Assembly: GCF_006345805.1 (NCBI RefSeq)
Contig: NC_043012.1
Span: 2,170,001-2,234,000, forward strand
DNA length: 64,000 nt
Origin: Octopus sinensis
Taxonomy: Eukaryota
Direction: 5' to 3'
The translations under genes were made by a program, and so were the position numbers. Shown one piece after another: positions 63,500-64,000 of this stretch (the stretch's first letter is position 1; each line of letters opens with the position of its first letter). The notes below the pieces were generated by a model. It saw nothing but the letters and a program-made list of their open reading frames with translations, did not search any database and was not told where the DNA came from.

Positions 63500-64000
63500 G
63501 AGCCATCTCACATAACTTGCTTCCTGTCAGCAGCTGGACAAAGCACATCTCTAAAATTGTCAAGAAGACCGAGGGTGTCTTGGCATCACTCAGCAAGACC
63601 TTTGTCAGCCGCTCTCCAGCTATCTATTTAAGGCTGTATATGGTGTGGCCACACTTGGAATTTGCATCACCGGTCTGGAACCCATATCTTATTCAGAACA
63701 TTGACCTCCTGGAAACTGTTCAGAGACATGCAACCAAGTGAATACCTGCCATCAAGCATCTACCATACTCTGAATGCCTTGCTTCCCTGGGCATAGATAC
63801 ATTGAAACTCCGATGTCTGGCAACTGACTTGGTAAACACCCACAAAATTAATAACCATCGTGCCAACAACCACCTTGAGCACCTTTTTGAGCTCCATGTG
63901 TCTAACACATGTGGGCATGCCTACAAAGTCAGAAAACAGCAGAGCTCCCATGACTCTCAGAAACATTTTTTCACCCTCAGAGTTGCTGAAGTATGGAACA
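63500..64000 (+). mobile_element. CR1/L2-group LINE reverse transcriptase C-terminal remnant (runs off the window)
   Basis: W..HISKIVKK..GVL...PHLEFASPVWNPYLIQNIDLLETVQRHATK*IPAIKHLPY.E.L..L....L..R...D...THKI...T.GH..K...HFFTLRV..VWN. Confidence 0.92.

Noticed and set aside
1-64000. Most ORFs in the supplied track (poly-YI, HT, CV, I/L/Y, D/M runs and RTE-UTR-derived ORFs such as 10968-11609 and 1194-1742)
   Set aside because: They arise from stop-free microsatellites or the non-coding LINE 3'UTR and carry no domain signal.

Overview
This is AT-rich eukaryotic genomic DNA saturated with microsatellites ((TA)n, (CA)n, (ATT)n, (GAT)n, (TATC)n) and interspersed repeats. The repeat set (several tRNA-derived SINE families, RTE-, CR1- and R4/NeSL-type LINE remnants, Tc1/mariner/maT remnants, MITEs) looks molluscan, most likely Octopus; this is inferred from recognising the repeats, not from a database search. 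Almost all entries in the ORF track are microsatellite or repeat artefacts. No intact long CDS, rRNA, true tRNA gene or CRISPR array is present. A few short, splice-site-bounded candidate exons suggest the 3' end of an unidentified + strand gene (13.2-16.8 kb) and scattered exons of an unidentified - strand gene (44.5-59.6 kb). The most notable observations are: (i) a structurally complete type I hammerhead ribozyme at 56595-56655; (ii) a tRNA-headed SINE family carrying a minimal hammerhead motif, in two decayed copies, one with a 5' inversion; (iii) a 740-bp minisatellite with about 16 perfect TTCCTGGAA (STAT/GAS-type) motifs; (iv) many fold-back structures, including a 293-bp near-perfect palindrome and a ~3-kb palindromic array of LINE 3' ends.
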